From Synechococcus sp. (lineage in GTDB: Bacteria; Cyanobacteriota; Cyanobacteriia; PCC-6307; Cyanobiaceae): 64,000 bases of DNA. The notes beneath the pieces are model-generated. The model was not told where the DNA came from and made no database searches. It saw only the letters and a list, made by a program, of their open reading frames with translations. The stretch lies in assembly GCA_047285805.1 (NCBI GenBank), contig JBJBCN010000002.1, forward strand, positions 672,001 through 736,000. Direction: 5' to 3'. Position 1 is the first letter of the stretch; each line of letters begins with the position of its first letter. A program made the position numbers and the translations under genes. This document shows positions 29,633 through 40,063 of this stretch, piece by piece.

Positions 29633-31549
29633 GTGATCAGAGCCGTGGCGCTTCAGGTGGAACAGGGTCAAATCCAGATCCATACCGAGAACATCTTTCC
29701 AATCATCAAGAAGGCCGTTTACAGCGGACATGAGGTTTTCCTGCGGGAACTGGTGAGCAATGGCATGGACGCCATTAGCAAGCGCCGCATGGCCTCGATG
29801 GCTGGCGACTGCAGCGAAGGACCCGAGGGCAAGATCAGCGTTCACATCGACCGTGAAGCCAAGACCCTCACCATTTCCGACAACGGCATCGGCATGACCG
29901 CCGATGAGGTGAAGCGCTACATCAACCAAGTTGCCTTCTCAAGCGCGGAGGACTTCCTCGAGAAGTACAAGCAGGAGTCCGACGCGATCATTGGCCACTT
30001 CGGCCTCGGCTTCTACTCGAGCTTCATGGTCGCCAAACAAGTGGAGCTGGTGACGCGCTCCGCCCGTGGGGAGGCTGAAGCCGTCCGGTGGAGCTGCGAT
30101 GGTTCACCCAACTTCAGCCTCGAGGCCGCCGAACGCTCCGAGCCTGGTACAGACGTGATCCTCCACCTGATGGAGGAGGAAGAGGAATACATCGAGCCGG
30201 CACGCATCCGGACGCTGATCACAACCTATTGCGACTTCATGCCGGTGGAGGTCCATCTTGAGGGGGAGACCGTCAACAAGCGTGAAGCCCCCTGGCGCAA
30301 AAGTCCCCGTGAGCTCACCGATGAGGACTACATCGAGCTCTACCGCTACCTCTATCCCTTCCAAGGAGACCCGCTGCTCTGGGTTCACCTCAACACCGAC
30401 TATCCCTACAACCTGCAGGGAATCCTCTATTTCCCGAAATCAACCGGCCGGGCCGACTGGGAAAAGGGCGAAATAAAGCTTTACTGCAACCAGGTGTTCG
30501 TGAGCGACTCCATTAAGGAAGTTGTTCCCAGCTATCTCCTGCCGCTGCGGGGCGTGATCGATTCCCCGGACATCCCACTGAACGTCAGCCGCTCCGCCCT
30601 GCAGACCGACCGACGCGTTCGCTCCATCGGCAACTTTGTCGCCAAGAAGGTCGGTGACCGGTTGAAGGAATTGCATCGTGACGATCCAAAGCGCTACGCC
30701 GAAATTTGGGAATCTCTGGCTCCGTTCATCAAGATCGGCGCCATGGAAGACGAGAAGTTCGCCGACCAGGTGGCCAAACTCGTCCTCTTCGGCACCACAG
30801 CCGCTGCAGCCGAGGGCGACAACGCAGATCCGATTTCCGCTGAAGCGGGTAAGGCCTTCACGACCCTGGGGGGCTATCGCTCACGCCTAAGCAGCGACAA
30901 CGACAAGCGCATCCTCTACTGCACTGACGAGGCCGGTCAGGCGGGAGCGCTGGCCCTCTGGAAGAGCCAAGGGGCAGAGGTGCTATTGGCGGACACCTTC
31001 ATCGACACCCAATTCATCCCATGGTTGGAGTACCGCCATGAGGAGCTGAAATTTCAGCGCGTGGATAGCGAGCTGGACGATTCGCTGCAGGAGAAGGAGA
31101 GCGAACTCAGCGACGCCGATGGTAAAGACAGCTCAGAGAAGCTCCGGGATCTGTTCAAGGCTGCCCTCGCCAACGACAAGGTGACCATCCAGGTTCAATC
31201 CCTCAAGGGCGAGAACGCTCCTGCCACACTCATTCTTCTGCCCGAACAAATGCGCAGGATGAACGACATGGGGGCGCTGATGGAACAGCGACTGCCAGGT
31301 CTGCCCGACCATCACGTGCTGTTGGTGAACCGCAAGCACCGCCTGGTCGAGGGATTGATCAAGCTCTCCGCAGGATCCGTCCTGACGGGGACCGGCAGCA
31401 GTCCCAGCCAGGAACTGGCGCACAACTTGGGCTGTCACCTCTATGAGATGGCCCGCTTGGCCGTCGGAGGCCTGGAGCCCAACGAACTGGCCGGTTTCCA
31501 GCAGCGCAGCTGTGACCTGATGGGTCAACTGATGGAGCGCGGTCTCTAA
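29633..31549 (+). CDS. htpG: Hsp90 chaperone HtpG
   Basis: FLRELVSN, SDNGIGM, IGHFGLGFYS, PLNVSRS. Confidence 0.97.
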   Translation: MIRAVALQVEQGQIQIHTENIFPIIKKAVYSGHEVFLRELVSNGMDAISKRRMASMAGDCSEGPEGKISVHIDREAKTLTISDNGIGMTADEVKRYINQVAFSSAEDFLEKYKQESDAIIGHFGLGFYSSFMVAKQVELVTRSARGEAEAVRWSCDGSPNFSLEAAERSEPGTDVILHLMEEEEEYIEPARIRTLITTYCDFMPVEVHLEGETVNKREAPWRKSPRELTDEDYIELYRYLYPFQGDPLLWVHLNTDYPYNLQGILYFPKSTGRADWEKGEIKLYCNQVFVSDSIKEVVPSYLLPLRGVIDSPDIPLNVSRSALQTDRRVRSIGNFVAKKVGDRLKELHRDDPKRYAEIWESLAPFIKIGAMEDEKFADQVAKLVLFGTTAAAAEGDNADPISAEAGKAFTTLGGYRSRLSSDNDKRILYCTDEAGQAGALALWKSQGAEVLLADTFIDTQFIPWLEYRHEELKFQRVDSELDDSLQEKESELSDADGKDSSEKLRDLFKAALANDKVTIQVQSLKGENAPATLILLPEQMRRMNDMGALMEQRLPGLPDHHVLLVNRKHRLVEGLIKLSAGSVLTGTGSSPSQELAHNLGCHLYEMARLAVGGLEPNELAGFQQRSCDLMGQLMERGL

Positions 31550-31711
31550 AGCAGCAGTTCCGGAGCTCTCGCGTTTGACATCCCCAGAGCTCTGGGAGAT
31601 GGTGGAGATTGCCTGTCTGGGCTGGCTAACCCCGAGCAGCCCAGGGCCGATCTTGCTGGACTCCACTGGTTTTGCACGGCCCTAGGGACAGGTGTTCCCT
31701 GCCGATCTCGT

Positions 31712-33181
31712 GTGCCCAGCTCGTTTGTCCTCGTCTACCACCGCTCTCCCTTTGATGAGGTCATCAACACGGACGGCAGTCGGCAGTGGCAGGACCAGAA
31801 GAGCCCGAACGGCATCATTCCCACCCTGCGCAACCTCTTTCGCTCCCATCCATCCGGCACCTGGATTGCCTGGCGGCAAAACGAGGATCCCGCGGCCGAA
31901 GACGAAACCCTGACCATCGAGGAGCCAATTGCAATCCGCTTGCGGCGGATTCCGCTGCGCCAGGAGCAGATCGGCAGCTTCTATCACGTCACATCGAAAG
32001 AGTCGATCTGGCCGATTCTTCACAGCTTCCCGAGTTTTTTCGAGGTCAACAACGCCGACTGGCAGACCTTTAAAGACGTCAATCAACGCTTTGCCGAAGC
32101 GGCCTGCAATGAAGCCGCCCCCGGAGCCTCAATTTGGATTCACGACTACAACCTTTGGTTGGCGCCCGGGTTCATTCGAGCCATTCGGCCCGATGTCAAA
32201 ATCAGCTTCTTTCACCACACGCCCTTCCCTAGCAGTGATGTGTTCAGCATCCTGCCGTGGCGGGAAGAGATCATCGAAAGCCTGCTCAGCTGCGATGCCG
32301 TCGGCTTTCACATTCCGCGTTATGCGGAGAACTTTGCCAGGGCCGCATCCAGCTTGCTCCCCGTCAAAAAGGGACCCAAAGCCGAGACTGCCAATCACTT
32401 CCTCCCCTGCGGCAGTGCGCTCGCCCAACCTGATGCCACCCCATGGCTGGAGCAAAACGGGCATCGCGTCAAGTTGGTGGCGACACCAGTTGGCACCAGT
32501 CCGGATTTGATTCGAGGTCTCAGGGATACCCCATCGGTTCAGGAGCTCATCCAGGAAATCGAAACCAACACGAAGCGTGGCCGCACCTTAATCCTCTCGG
32601 CAAGCCGTGTGGATTACACCAAGGGCAACGAAGAACTGCTGCGCACCTTTGAGCGTCTGCTCGAGCGGAATGAAGCCATCCACGGCCAGGTGGTCTTGGT
32701 CTTGGCCTGTGTCGCCGCCAACACCGGCATGAAGGTCTACGAGGACACTCAGCGGGGGATCGAGGAAACCGTGGGCCGCATCAATGGTCGCTTTAGCAAA
32801 ATTGACTGGGTCCCCATTCGCCTGACCACCCAGCGCATTCCCTACGAGGAAATGGTTGCCTGGTTTGCCGCCTCTGACATCTGTTGGATCACCCCCCTTC
32901 GGGATGGTTTGAACCTCGTTGCCAAGGAATATGCGGCGGCCCGGAAGGGGCGCGGCGGGACCCTAGTGCTCTCCGAATTCACCGGCGCGTCGGTCGTGAT
33001 GAAAGGAGCCGTCCTTACCAACCCCTACTCCCACAGGCGTATGGACGAGGCCATTGACCAGGCCCTGAGCCTCTCGCAACAAGAACAGGAGCAGCGGATG
33101 ACCTCCATGGCGGCCTCGGTGGATCAACTCAGCGTGGACAACTGGGCGCAGGAACAACTCGGGGCGATTGAGGCGCCGTGA
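31712..33181 (+). CDS. ggpS: Glucosylglycerol-phosphate synthase (GT20)
   Basis: VYHRSPFDE, KSPNGIIPTL, WIHDYNLW, FHHTPFP, RVDYTKG, LRDGLNLVAKE; clustered with stpA/glpK/glpD. Confidence 0.92.
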   Translation: MPSSFVLVYHRSPFDEVINTDGSRQWQDQKSPNGIIPTLRNLFRSHPSGTWIAWRQNEDPAAEDETLTIEEPIAIRLRRIPLRQEQIGSFYHVTSKESIWPILHSFPSFFEVNNADWQTFKDVNQRFAEAACNEAAPGASIWIHDYNLWLAPGFIRAIRPDVKISFFHHTPFPSSDVFSILPWREEIIESLLSCDAVGFHIPRYAENFARAASSLLPVKKGPKAETANHFLPCGSALAQPDATPWLEQNGHRVKLVATPVGTSPDLIRGLRDTPSVQELIQEIETNTKRGRTLILSASRVDYTKGNEELLRTFERLLERNEAIHGQVVLVLACVAANTGMKVYEDTQRGIEETVGRINGRFSKIDWVPIRLTTQRIPYEEMVAWFAASDICWITPLRDGLNLVAKEYAAARKGRGGTLVLSEFTGASVVMKGAVLTNPYSHRRMDEAIDQALSLSQQEQEQRMTSMAASVDQLSVDNWAQEQLGAIEAP

Positions 33182-34437
33182 TGAGCCGCAGCGCTGGGCT
33201 CATGACGCTGGCCTGCCTTCTAGGCAGCCTGCTGTTGAGCGTGGCGCTCTGGGCCAAGCCCGCGCCAGAGCCGGTATCCATTTTGATGCCCGCTCCCTTT
33301 GCCGATTCCACGGCTGAGCTGGTAGAGACTTTCAACCGTGAGCACCCCGGCATTGCCATCAGGGTGACCCGAGGCCCCCTGGAAACGGAGGCGGTGTCGG
33401 ACTTGGCGATCAGCAGCCTCTTGCTTGGCAACAGTCCCTACGACGTTCTCTTGATGGACGTCACCTGGACGCCGAAATACGCCAAGGCTGGCTGGCTGGA
33501 GCCGCTCGAAGCCTGGCTCGGAGCCGATGCCCTGAATGACCTCGCCCCGGGAGCGGAGCTCGGCAATGCCTTTGATGGCCACCTCTGGCGCTTCCCCCTT
33601 GTGGCCGACATGGGCCTGCTGTTCTGGCGGACGGACCTCATGGAGGCGCCCCCGAGAACACCCGCTGAGCTGGAAGCCATCAGCCAGTCCCTACAGCAAC
33701 AGGGGCGAGTCCGCTGGGGTTACGTGTGGCAAGGCCGTCAATACGAGGGGCTCAGCTGCACCTATCTCGAGGTCCTGCGAGGCTTCGGGGGACGTTGGCT
33801 TCGGGATGGTTCGCCGGAACTCAACAGCAAAGCAGCGATCGCGGCCAGCCAATGGCTCCGTCATCTCGTCGAGGTGGGCATCACGCCTCCGGCGGTGGCC
33901 AACATGGCCGAACCGGAAGCCCTGCAAACCTTCGAGACGGGTGATGCCGCGTTTATGCGCAACTGGCCCTATGCCTGGGCCGAACTGAACAAGGACGGCT
34001 CCCTCTTGGCCGGGAAAGTCGGAATTACCACCATGGTAAGTGAACACCATGAACCGCATGTGGCCACCCAGGGCAGTTGGGGGCTTGCCGTGCTCTCCAG
34101 TTCCAAACACAAGCAAGCCGCCGTTGAGGCTCTGCAGTACCTGACCAGTACTGACGCACAAAAGCAACTGAACCTGCACTGGGGCTACACACCGACCCGC
34201 CTCAGCGTCTTCGAGGACCCGAACCTGATCCGCACCAATCCGATCCTTCCGGAATTGCAAGCCGCACTGGCGGCTGCTGTGCTCAGGCCATTGACACCGA
34301 TCTATGCCCAGCTCAGTGACCTGTTGTACCGGGAGGTGAACACGGTTATTACCGGTGAGGTCGCAGCCGCTCCAGCCATGGAGATATTGCAGCGCAACAG
34401 CATCCAACTAGAGCGCTCCACGAGAGGGATCTCCTAA
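33178..34437 (+). CDS. Sugar/osmolyte ABC transporter substrate-binding protein
   Basis: DVTWTPKYA, WQGRQYEGL, FMRNWPYAW. Confidence 0.88.
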   Translation: MMSRSAGLMTLACLLGSLLLSVALWAKPAPEPVSILMPAPFADSTAELVETFNREHPGIAIRVTRGPLETEAVSDLAISSLLLGNSPYDVLLMDVTWTPKYAKAGWLEPLEAWLGADALNDLAPGAELGNAFDGHLWRFPLVADMGLLFWRTDLMEAPPRTPAELEAISQSLQQQGRVRWGYVWQGRQYEGLSCTYLEVLRGFGGRWLRDGSPELNSKAAIAASQWLRHLVEVGITPPAVANMAEPEALQTFETGDAAFMRNWPYAWAELNKDGSLLAGKVGITTMVSEHHEPHVATQGSWGLAVLSSSKHKQAAVEALQYLTSTDAQKQLNLHWGYTPTRLSVFEDPNLIRTNPILPELQAALAAAVLRPLTPIYAQLSDLLYREVNTVITGEVAAAPAMEILQRNSIQLERSTRGIS

Positions 34438-35328
34438 ATGCTCCGCTGGCGCCAACAGCTTTGGCTACTGCTCCCGGCCATGGGATTGCTCACCCTGGTC
34501 TTCCTGGTGCCCATCGGGCATTACGTCTGGTTGAGCACCCAAACCCAGACCGTCCTGACGGAACTGCGGCCTATCCCGGCCGGTGCTGCCCAATGGATTC
34601 GTCTCTGGAACGACAGCCGCTTCTGGCGGGACGCCTGGCAAACCCTTCGATTTGCTGGCCTTTCAGTGACCACAGAAATGGTCCTGGGTCTGGCGATCGC
34701 TCTGTTGTTAAACGAGCCCCTGCGCGGAAGAAGCAGTTTGCGCACGATCAGCCTGCTGCCCTGGGCCCTGCCGACGACGGTCATGGCCTTGGGCTGGCGC
34801 TGGATTTTTAACGATCCCTATGGCCCGATCAACCAAGCGCTTAGCTGGATTGGAGTGACGCCGATTCCCTTTCTGGCAAACCCTGCGATCACCTGGATCG
34901 CCATGGTTTGGGCCGACACCTGGAAGACGACCCCGTTTGTCGCTCTGCTGTTGTTGGCGGGTTTGCAGAACATCCCCCGTGACCTGTACGAGGCCGCGCA
35001 GTTGGAGGGTGCCTCTGCGTGGCAGTCCCTGGGGCGAATCACTATTCCCCTCCTCACACCTTATCTCTTAATCGCCCTGGTCTTTCGCCTGGCCCAAGCG
35101 CTCGGGGTCTTCGACCTTGTCCAGGTGCTCACGGGCGGTGGGCCAGCGGGCAGCACGGAAAGCTTGGCCTTCTACGCGTACCTCAACGCCATGCGCTTCC
35201 TGGACTTTGGCTACAGCGCCACCGTCATGCTCGGTGCCTTTGCGGGATTACTGGTGTTGTGTAGCGGACTAGCGGTCGTCTGGTGGTTGAGCGGCGGCCG
35301 TCAAGAACTAGCCCAAGGTGAGCGGTAA
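34438..35328 (+). CDS. Sugar ABC transporter permease
   Basis: WKTTPF, LYEAAQLEGA (EAA motif), TGGGP. Confidence 0.9.
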   Translation: MLRWRQQLWLLLPAMGLLTLVFLVPIGHYVWLSTQTQTVLTELRPIPAGAAQWIRLWNDSRFWRDAWQTLRFAGLSVTTEMVLGLAIALLLNEPLRGRSSLRTISLLPWALPTTVMALGWRWIFNDPYGPINQALSWIGVTPIPFLANPAITWIAMVWADTWKTTPFVALLLLAGLQNIPRDLYEAAQLEGASAWQSLGRITIPLLTPYLLIALVFRLAQALGVFDLVQVLTGGGPAGSTESLAFYAYLNAMRFLDFGYSATVMLGAFAGLLVLCSGLAVVWWLSGGRQELAQGER

Positions 35329-36119
35329 TGGCTCGCCTTCTCGTCTTGATCTGGAGCCTCGGACCGATGCTCTGGCAGCTCTACACCTCCTTTCGACCCA
35401 GTGCCGTGCTCACCGAAGGAGCACGCGGCGGCTGGACCCTGGAGCACTACCAGCAACTCCTCAACGGTGAACCCCCGTTTCTGACCTACCTCCTCAACAG
35501 CGGGATCGTCGGTTTAAGCAGCACGGTCTTAACCCTGCTGCTTGCGATTCCCTGTGCCTATGCCCTGAGCCGGATGCAGGCCCATCGAGCCCGCAACATC
35601 AGCGTGGTGGTGGCAGCAGCAGCAGCCTTCCCGGCCGTCCTGCTCTTCCTGGCGCTTCTCGAGGTTGCCCGCGACTTACATCTTGCCAACAACCTATTCG
35701 CCCTCAGCCTTCCGTACGCCGGCCTTTGCCTACCCCTGGCCATCCTCTTGCTGCAGGCCGCCTTCCGAGACATCCCCGTGGAATTGGAGGAAGCCGCCCT
35801 AATGGAGGGCATGTCCCTCTGGCAACGCCTCCGCTGGGTGTTGCTTCCCTTGATGGCCCCAGCCATTTCCAGCGCGGCCCTGCTGATCTTCATCTTCTGC
35901 TGGAACGAATATCCGATTGCCCTCACCTGGTTGAGCCAGGCCGACCTGCTCACCCTGGCTCCCGCCATCGCGCGCATTGCAGGCTCCTCAATCTTCACTG
36001 TTCCCTACGGGGCCTTTGCCGCCGCCACCGTCCTGGGCAGCGCGCCCCTGCTGCTGATCATGTTGCTCTTCCAAAGACAGATCATTAGTGGCCTCACCCA
36101 AGGGGCCATTAAGGGCTAA
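35328..36119 (+). CDS. Sugar ABC transporter permease
   Basis: IPVELEEAALMEG, WNEY, FQRQIISGLTQGAIKG. Confidence 0.9.
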   Translation: MARLLVLIWSLGPMLWQLYTSFRPSAVLTEGARGGWTLEHYQQLLNGEPPFLTYLLNSGIVGLSSTVLTLLLAIPCAYALSRMQAHRARNISVVVAAAAAFPAVLLFLALLEVARDLHLANNLFALSLPYAGLCLPLAILLLQAAFRDIPVELEEAALMEGMSLWQRLRWVLLPLMAPAISSAALLIFIFCWNEYPIALTWLSQADLLTLAPAIARIAGSSIFTVPYGAFAAATVLGSAPLLLIMLLFQRQIISGLTQGAIKG

Positions 36120-36157
36120 CCCCAAACACCACTCCACCCGATTCGCTTCTCCGCCTG

Positions 36158-37201
36158 ATGACCACCTCCAGTCCTGCTCGCACCGGTCTGGTTCTGAGCC
36201 AGCTCTGCCGCAGGGTTGGGCAGCAAATATTGCTGGACAACCTCAGCATGGAGGTTGCCCCTGGAGAAATCCTGGCGCTGCTGGGCCCGAGTGGCTGCGG
36301 GAAAAGCACCACCCTTCGCTGTGTCGCCGGTCTCGACCGCGCCAGCAGTGGCTCCATCGAACTGGCCGGCGAGGAGATCACTACGCGGCCGCCGGCCGAA
36401 CGCAACGTGGCCATGGTCTTCCAGAGCTACGCCCTCTATCCGCACCTGAGCGTCCGCAAGAACCTCAGCCTCGGCCTGGAACTGAGGCGCGTGCCCCCCG
36501 CCGATATTGAGAACGACGTCGAGCGCGTCCTTTCCCTGCTTCAACTGGAGGATTGCCGCGAACGCAAACCCGCAGAACTTTCGGGGGGACAGCGCCAGCG
36601 GGTAGCCCTAGCCCGAGCGCTGCTGCGGAAGCCCGCCCTGTTTTTGCTGGATGAGCCGATGAGCAACCTGGATGCCCAGCTCAGGGAGGACCTTCGCGGG
36701 GAGTTGCGGGGAATCCTGCGAAGCACCGGAGCACCTGTGGTCTACGTGACCCATGACCAACATGAAGCCATGGGCCTCGCGGATCGCATTGCCGTACTGA
36801 AGGGCGGAGAACTCCAACAACTGGACTCGGCCGCTGAGCTCTACCAAAATCCGCAGAATCAGTTCGTTGCCAGTTTCCTAGGGAGTCCTTCGATCAACCT
36901 GCTCCCCCTTCACCCCGGCGAATTGGTGGGTTTGCGGCCAGAACATCTGGAAGTGATGGAGGCCAACAGCCCATTGGCGCCCGAGTTAGCAGCCGTGGAT
37001 GCACAACGAGAGCACCTTGAATGGCTCGGGGACCGCGTCATCAGCCACTGGCGGGTTCGTGGCAGCACCGTAAAGGTGCTCTCCGATGCTCAAAGCAAGA
37101 GCGCTGCACGCGCGCAAGCCCATTACGGCCCGCTGCAGTTGCGCTGGAAGCGTGAGCATGAGCTGCACTTCGAGCAGGCCAGCGGTCGGCGGATTCGCTG
37201 A
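36158..37201 (+). CDS. Sugar ABC transporter ATPase
   Basis: [35 protein letters not shown]. Confidence 0.92.
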   Translation: MTTSSPARTGLVLSQLCRRVGQQILLDNLSMEVAPGEILALLGPSGCGKSTTLRCVAGLDRASSGSIELAGEEITTRPPAERNVAMVFQSYALYPHLSVRKNLSLGLELRRVPPADIENDVERVLSLLQLEDCRERKPAELSGGQRQRVALARALLRKPALFLLDEPMSNLDAQLREDLRGELRGILRSTGAPVVYVTHDQHEAMGLADRIAVLKGGELQQLDSAAELYQNPQNQFVASFLGSPSINLLPLHPGELVGLRPEHLEVMEANSPLAPELAAVDAQREHLEWLGDRVISHWRVRGSTVKVLSDAQSKSAARAQAHYGPLQLRWKREHELHFEQASGRRIR

Positions 37202-37208
37202 TGTGGGT

Positions 37209-38732
37209 TTAGTCCCAGACCGTTTCGATGACGTTCATCGCTTGCAAATAAGCCGGAACGTCCTCGCTCGTCACCGACTCGTCGTCAACAAAACTGTCAC
37301 CGCTACCGGACCGGCGCGCCAAGTCCGCCACAACGGCACTCACCACGAGATCAACCGCGGCAGGATTATCGAGGTTCTGCAGGGCCTCGGCGTAGCGGCG
37401 GCTATGGGTCGGCCTGACGGACTCCTGGCAGTAGTTGCTTAACTCGCGACTCTCAGTCATCACCGAGAAGGCGGATTGCTTGGAGTTCTGACGACCAAAG
37501 ATGGCCATGTAGAGCAAATTGATCAAGGAGGCGTCGTGGAGAGGGATGCCGTACTGACGCACGATCTGGGGCCAATAACGCAAGGAGCGCAGTCCCTCTA
37601 GACCACCCTTTGATAGGCCTGCTTCATCACACCAGGCCTCAAATTCCTCGACGTTGGCTGGACAGCGGCCGGACTCGCGCATCCGTTTCGCCAGCACCGC
37701 TCCGGCCTGGAAATTGCGGGTTGGACTGCCAGAGGTGGGAAGCATCATGCTGCCGCGCACATCGGCGACCATCGCCGTCAGTTGCGAGAAGGTGTGGTCA
37801 CGAACCTTCTCCATGTCGCCATCGCGCACCAGAGCGGCCTCAATGCGCTGGACCCCGTAACCCAATTCGGTCAGAGCAATGGGCTGTCGGTGATAGAGGC
37901 GTTGGCGATCCGTTCGAGCAATCGACACGGTGGCCGCCTGGTCCAAACACTGCTCCAGCAGCAGCGTCAACAGCGTTGGCAGAACACCAGGGTTTTCCCG
38001 GTGGAAGGTGTAGCCAAAACCAGCAAAGATCGAGGCCATGTTTTTGGCGGCCTTGATGTATTGGCCTTCGATGTTGTGAACTCCGGCTGAAACCTGGAGG
38101 TTGGGGGAGAGACGATCCAGCAGCCGTGCCCCCAATAAGGCCGTCAGGGCATTGGGATGGCAGAAATTGGCTGTGAAACTGTCGAGGGGGTTGCGAAGGG
38201 CGCCATGGCGGTGAAAGCCCGTAAAAAAGCCCAAATTAGGTGCCTTTTGGCAAAGGACATAGGCCTCATTGGAGATCGGATCGTGGGTGAAGGACCCAGC
38301 CAAACAAGCCAGAACAACGTGCTCGCGGCCGAGCTCCTCACGTAGCCGAAAGGCCTCCTGCAGGTCCTCCTCAATGTGGTTGCTGTTCGCACTCAGCACC
38401 ACCAGCTCACAGTGCTGAATCAGATACCCCAGGTCATTGAGCACCGGCTTGCCCGCCTCGGTATGGGCACCCATACGCTCGATCGTGGAGCGGTGCTCAG
38501 GGTCCATCCCCGAGAGCTCCTCGCTTTTGAACGCCCCCAGAATTTTTCGACCGGGGCGTGCCGCCAACAGCAACCGAGAGCCGTCGGTTTGCATCGCGCA
38601 GTTGTAGGCCAGCGAAGCGGGATAGAGGCCGACGCTGTAGAAGCCCACCTTGCCCTCTTCCAGCGCGATCAGACGCCTTCGGATCCGTTCAGGATCAAGG
38701 TTGGATTCGAAAAAACCGTTCTGCAAGATCAC
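37209..38732 (-). CDS. Hypothetical protein resembling a divergent NAD(P)H glycerol-3-phosphate dehydrogenase
   Basis: 507 aa; AAKNMASIFAG, VADV, TRNFQAG and LEG occur in the same order as GpsA C-terminal motifs. Confidence 0.55.
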   Translation of the reverse strand: MILQNGFFESNLDPERIRRRLIALEEGKVGFYSVGLYPASLAYNCAMQTDGSRLLLAARPGRKILGAFKSEELSGMDPEHRSTIERMGAHTEAGKPVLNDLGYLIQHCELVVLSANSNHIEEDLQEAFRLREELGREHVVLACLAGSFTHDPISNEAYVLCQKAPNLGFFTGFHRHGALRNPLDSFTANFCHPNALTALLGARLLDRLSPNLQVSAGVHNIEGQYIKAAKNMASIFAGFGYTFHRENPGVLPTLLTLLLEQCLDQAATVSIARTDRQRLYHRQPIALTELGYGVQRIEAALVRDGDMEKVRDHTFSQLTAMVADVRGSMMLPTSGSPTRNFQAGAVLAKRMRESGRCPANVEEFEAWCDEAGLSKGGLEGLRSLRYWPQIVRQYGIPLHDASLINLLYMAIFGRQNSKQSAFSVMTESRELSNYCQESVRPTHSRRYAEALQNLDNPAAVDLVVSAVVADLARRSGSGDSFVDDESVTSEDVPAYLQAMNVIETVWD

Positions 38733-38796
38733 AACTGGGCCTCACACCATCCTTACGGACCATGGGAGGGTGTACGGCAGATCAGCGGCGAACTCC

Positions 38797-40002
38797 ATGG
38801 CGCGTCTCTCACTCGAGAAGCTGCAGGAAGAGATCAGCGCCAGCAACAACATCCTCTTGATCCAGGACCTTGATGGGGTCTGCATGCCCCTTGTACGCGA
38901 CCCCCTGACGCGGGTGCTGCCGCTGGAATACATCGAAGCGGTCAGCCGGCTCGGCCACAGCTTCCGCGTCCTCACCAACGGAGAACACAGCGGCAGCCGC
39001 GGGGTGAACCGGCTGGTGGAAAGGGCCCTCGGTGCGGAGCGTAATCCCGTCGAGGAAGGGCTCTACCTACCGGGACTCGCGGCGGGCGGCGTTCAATTCC
39101 AAAGCCAGCAAGGCGCCATCAGCCATCCCGGGGTCAGTGGAGCGGAGTTGGAGTTTCTCTCAGCCGTCCCAGCCCAACTCAGGGCAGGGGTGAAGGGCCT
39201 AGTGAAACGCCACCGTCCAGGCTGCACAGCCAATGTCCTCGAGCCGCTCAGTCAGGCGGCTGTGTTGGATAACCAACTCTCACCAACCCTGAATCTGAAC
39301 GTGCTCTTCGCCGGCCTCCAGCTGGAGCCAGCCGAACAACGTCAACTGCAGAAGGCCAGTCAAGAGCTGCTCGAAGACCTGGAGGAACAAGCCAAGCAAC
39401 AGGGTCTCGGGGATTCCTTTTTCCTGCACTTGGCCCCCAACCTCGGCACCCAGGACGGCAAAGAACAGCTCAAGTGGGCCAGCCCCGAGCACTGCGGCAC
39501 CAGCGACTTTCAGTTCATGCTCCGCGGCGCCGTCAAAGAGGCCGGGCTGTTGGTGCTGATCAACCAGCACATCGCCAGACAAACAGGCCATGCCCCCCTT
39601 GGGGATGACTTCAATGTGCGTACAGCTCCTCGCTCCGCAGAGGAGCTGTTGGCTCTGGCCCAGCAAGCGATTGCGCCCGATCAGATGCCCACCCTGATCG
39701 GAATTGCAGACACCATTACCTCCGAGTCTCGCGCGGAGGGCGCGCAGGTGCGTTGGAGACGTGGAGGCAGTGACCGAGGTTTTTTGACCCTGCTCCAGGA
39801 GGTCGGCCGCTCTTTTGGGTGTCCGAATAGAGTGGTTTTAGTGGACAGTAGTGGCGGCGAATTGGATCGGCCGAGCCTCCTGGACCCCAAGCTAAACGGC
39901 CTTAGCGATCCGGAGGATCCCCTACAGCTCGATGTCCTAGTCCCCGGGGGGCCAGCAGCCTACGTCGAGTGGTTCAACGGCATGGCACGCAACGTCTTTT
40001 AA
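38797..40002 (+). CDS. stpA: Glucosylglycerol-phosphate phosphatase (GgpP)
   Basis: IQDLDGVCMPLVRDP, LTNGEH, LPGLAAGG, FFLHLAPNLG, RGGSDRGFL. Confidence 0.92.
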   Translation: MARLSLEKLQEEISASNNILLIQDLDGVCMPLVRDPLTRVLPLEYIEAVSRLGHSFRVLTNGEHSGSRGVNRLVERALGAERNPVEEGLYLPGLAAGGVQFQSQQGAISHPGVSGAELEFLSAVPAQLRAGVKGLVKRHRPGCTANVLEPLSQAAVLDNQLSPTLNLNVLFAGLQLEPAEQRQLQKASQELLEDLEEQAKQQGLGDSFFLHLAPNLGTQDGKEQLKWASPEHCGTSDFQFMLRGAVKEAGLLVLINQHIARQTGHAPLGDDFNVRTAPRSAEELLALAQQAIAPDQMPTLIGIADTITSESRAEGAQVRWRRGGSDRGFLTLLQEVGRSFGCPNRVVLVDSSGGELDRPSLLDPKLNGLSDPEDPLQLDVLVPGGPAAYVEWFNGMARNVF

Positions 40003-40063
40003 AAACTTGGGCTGACAGTCGCCGCAGAACGGCCTATCCCAGGGGTAGTCACCGTTCATTCTG

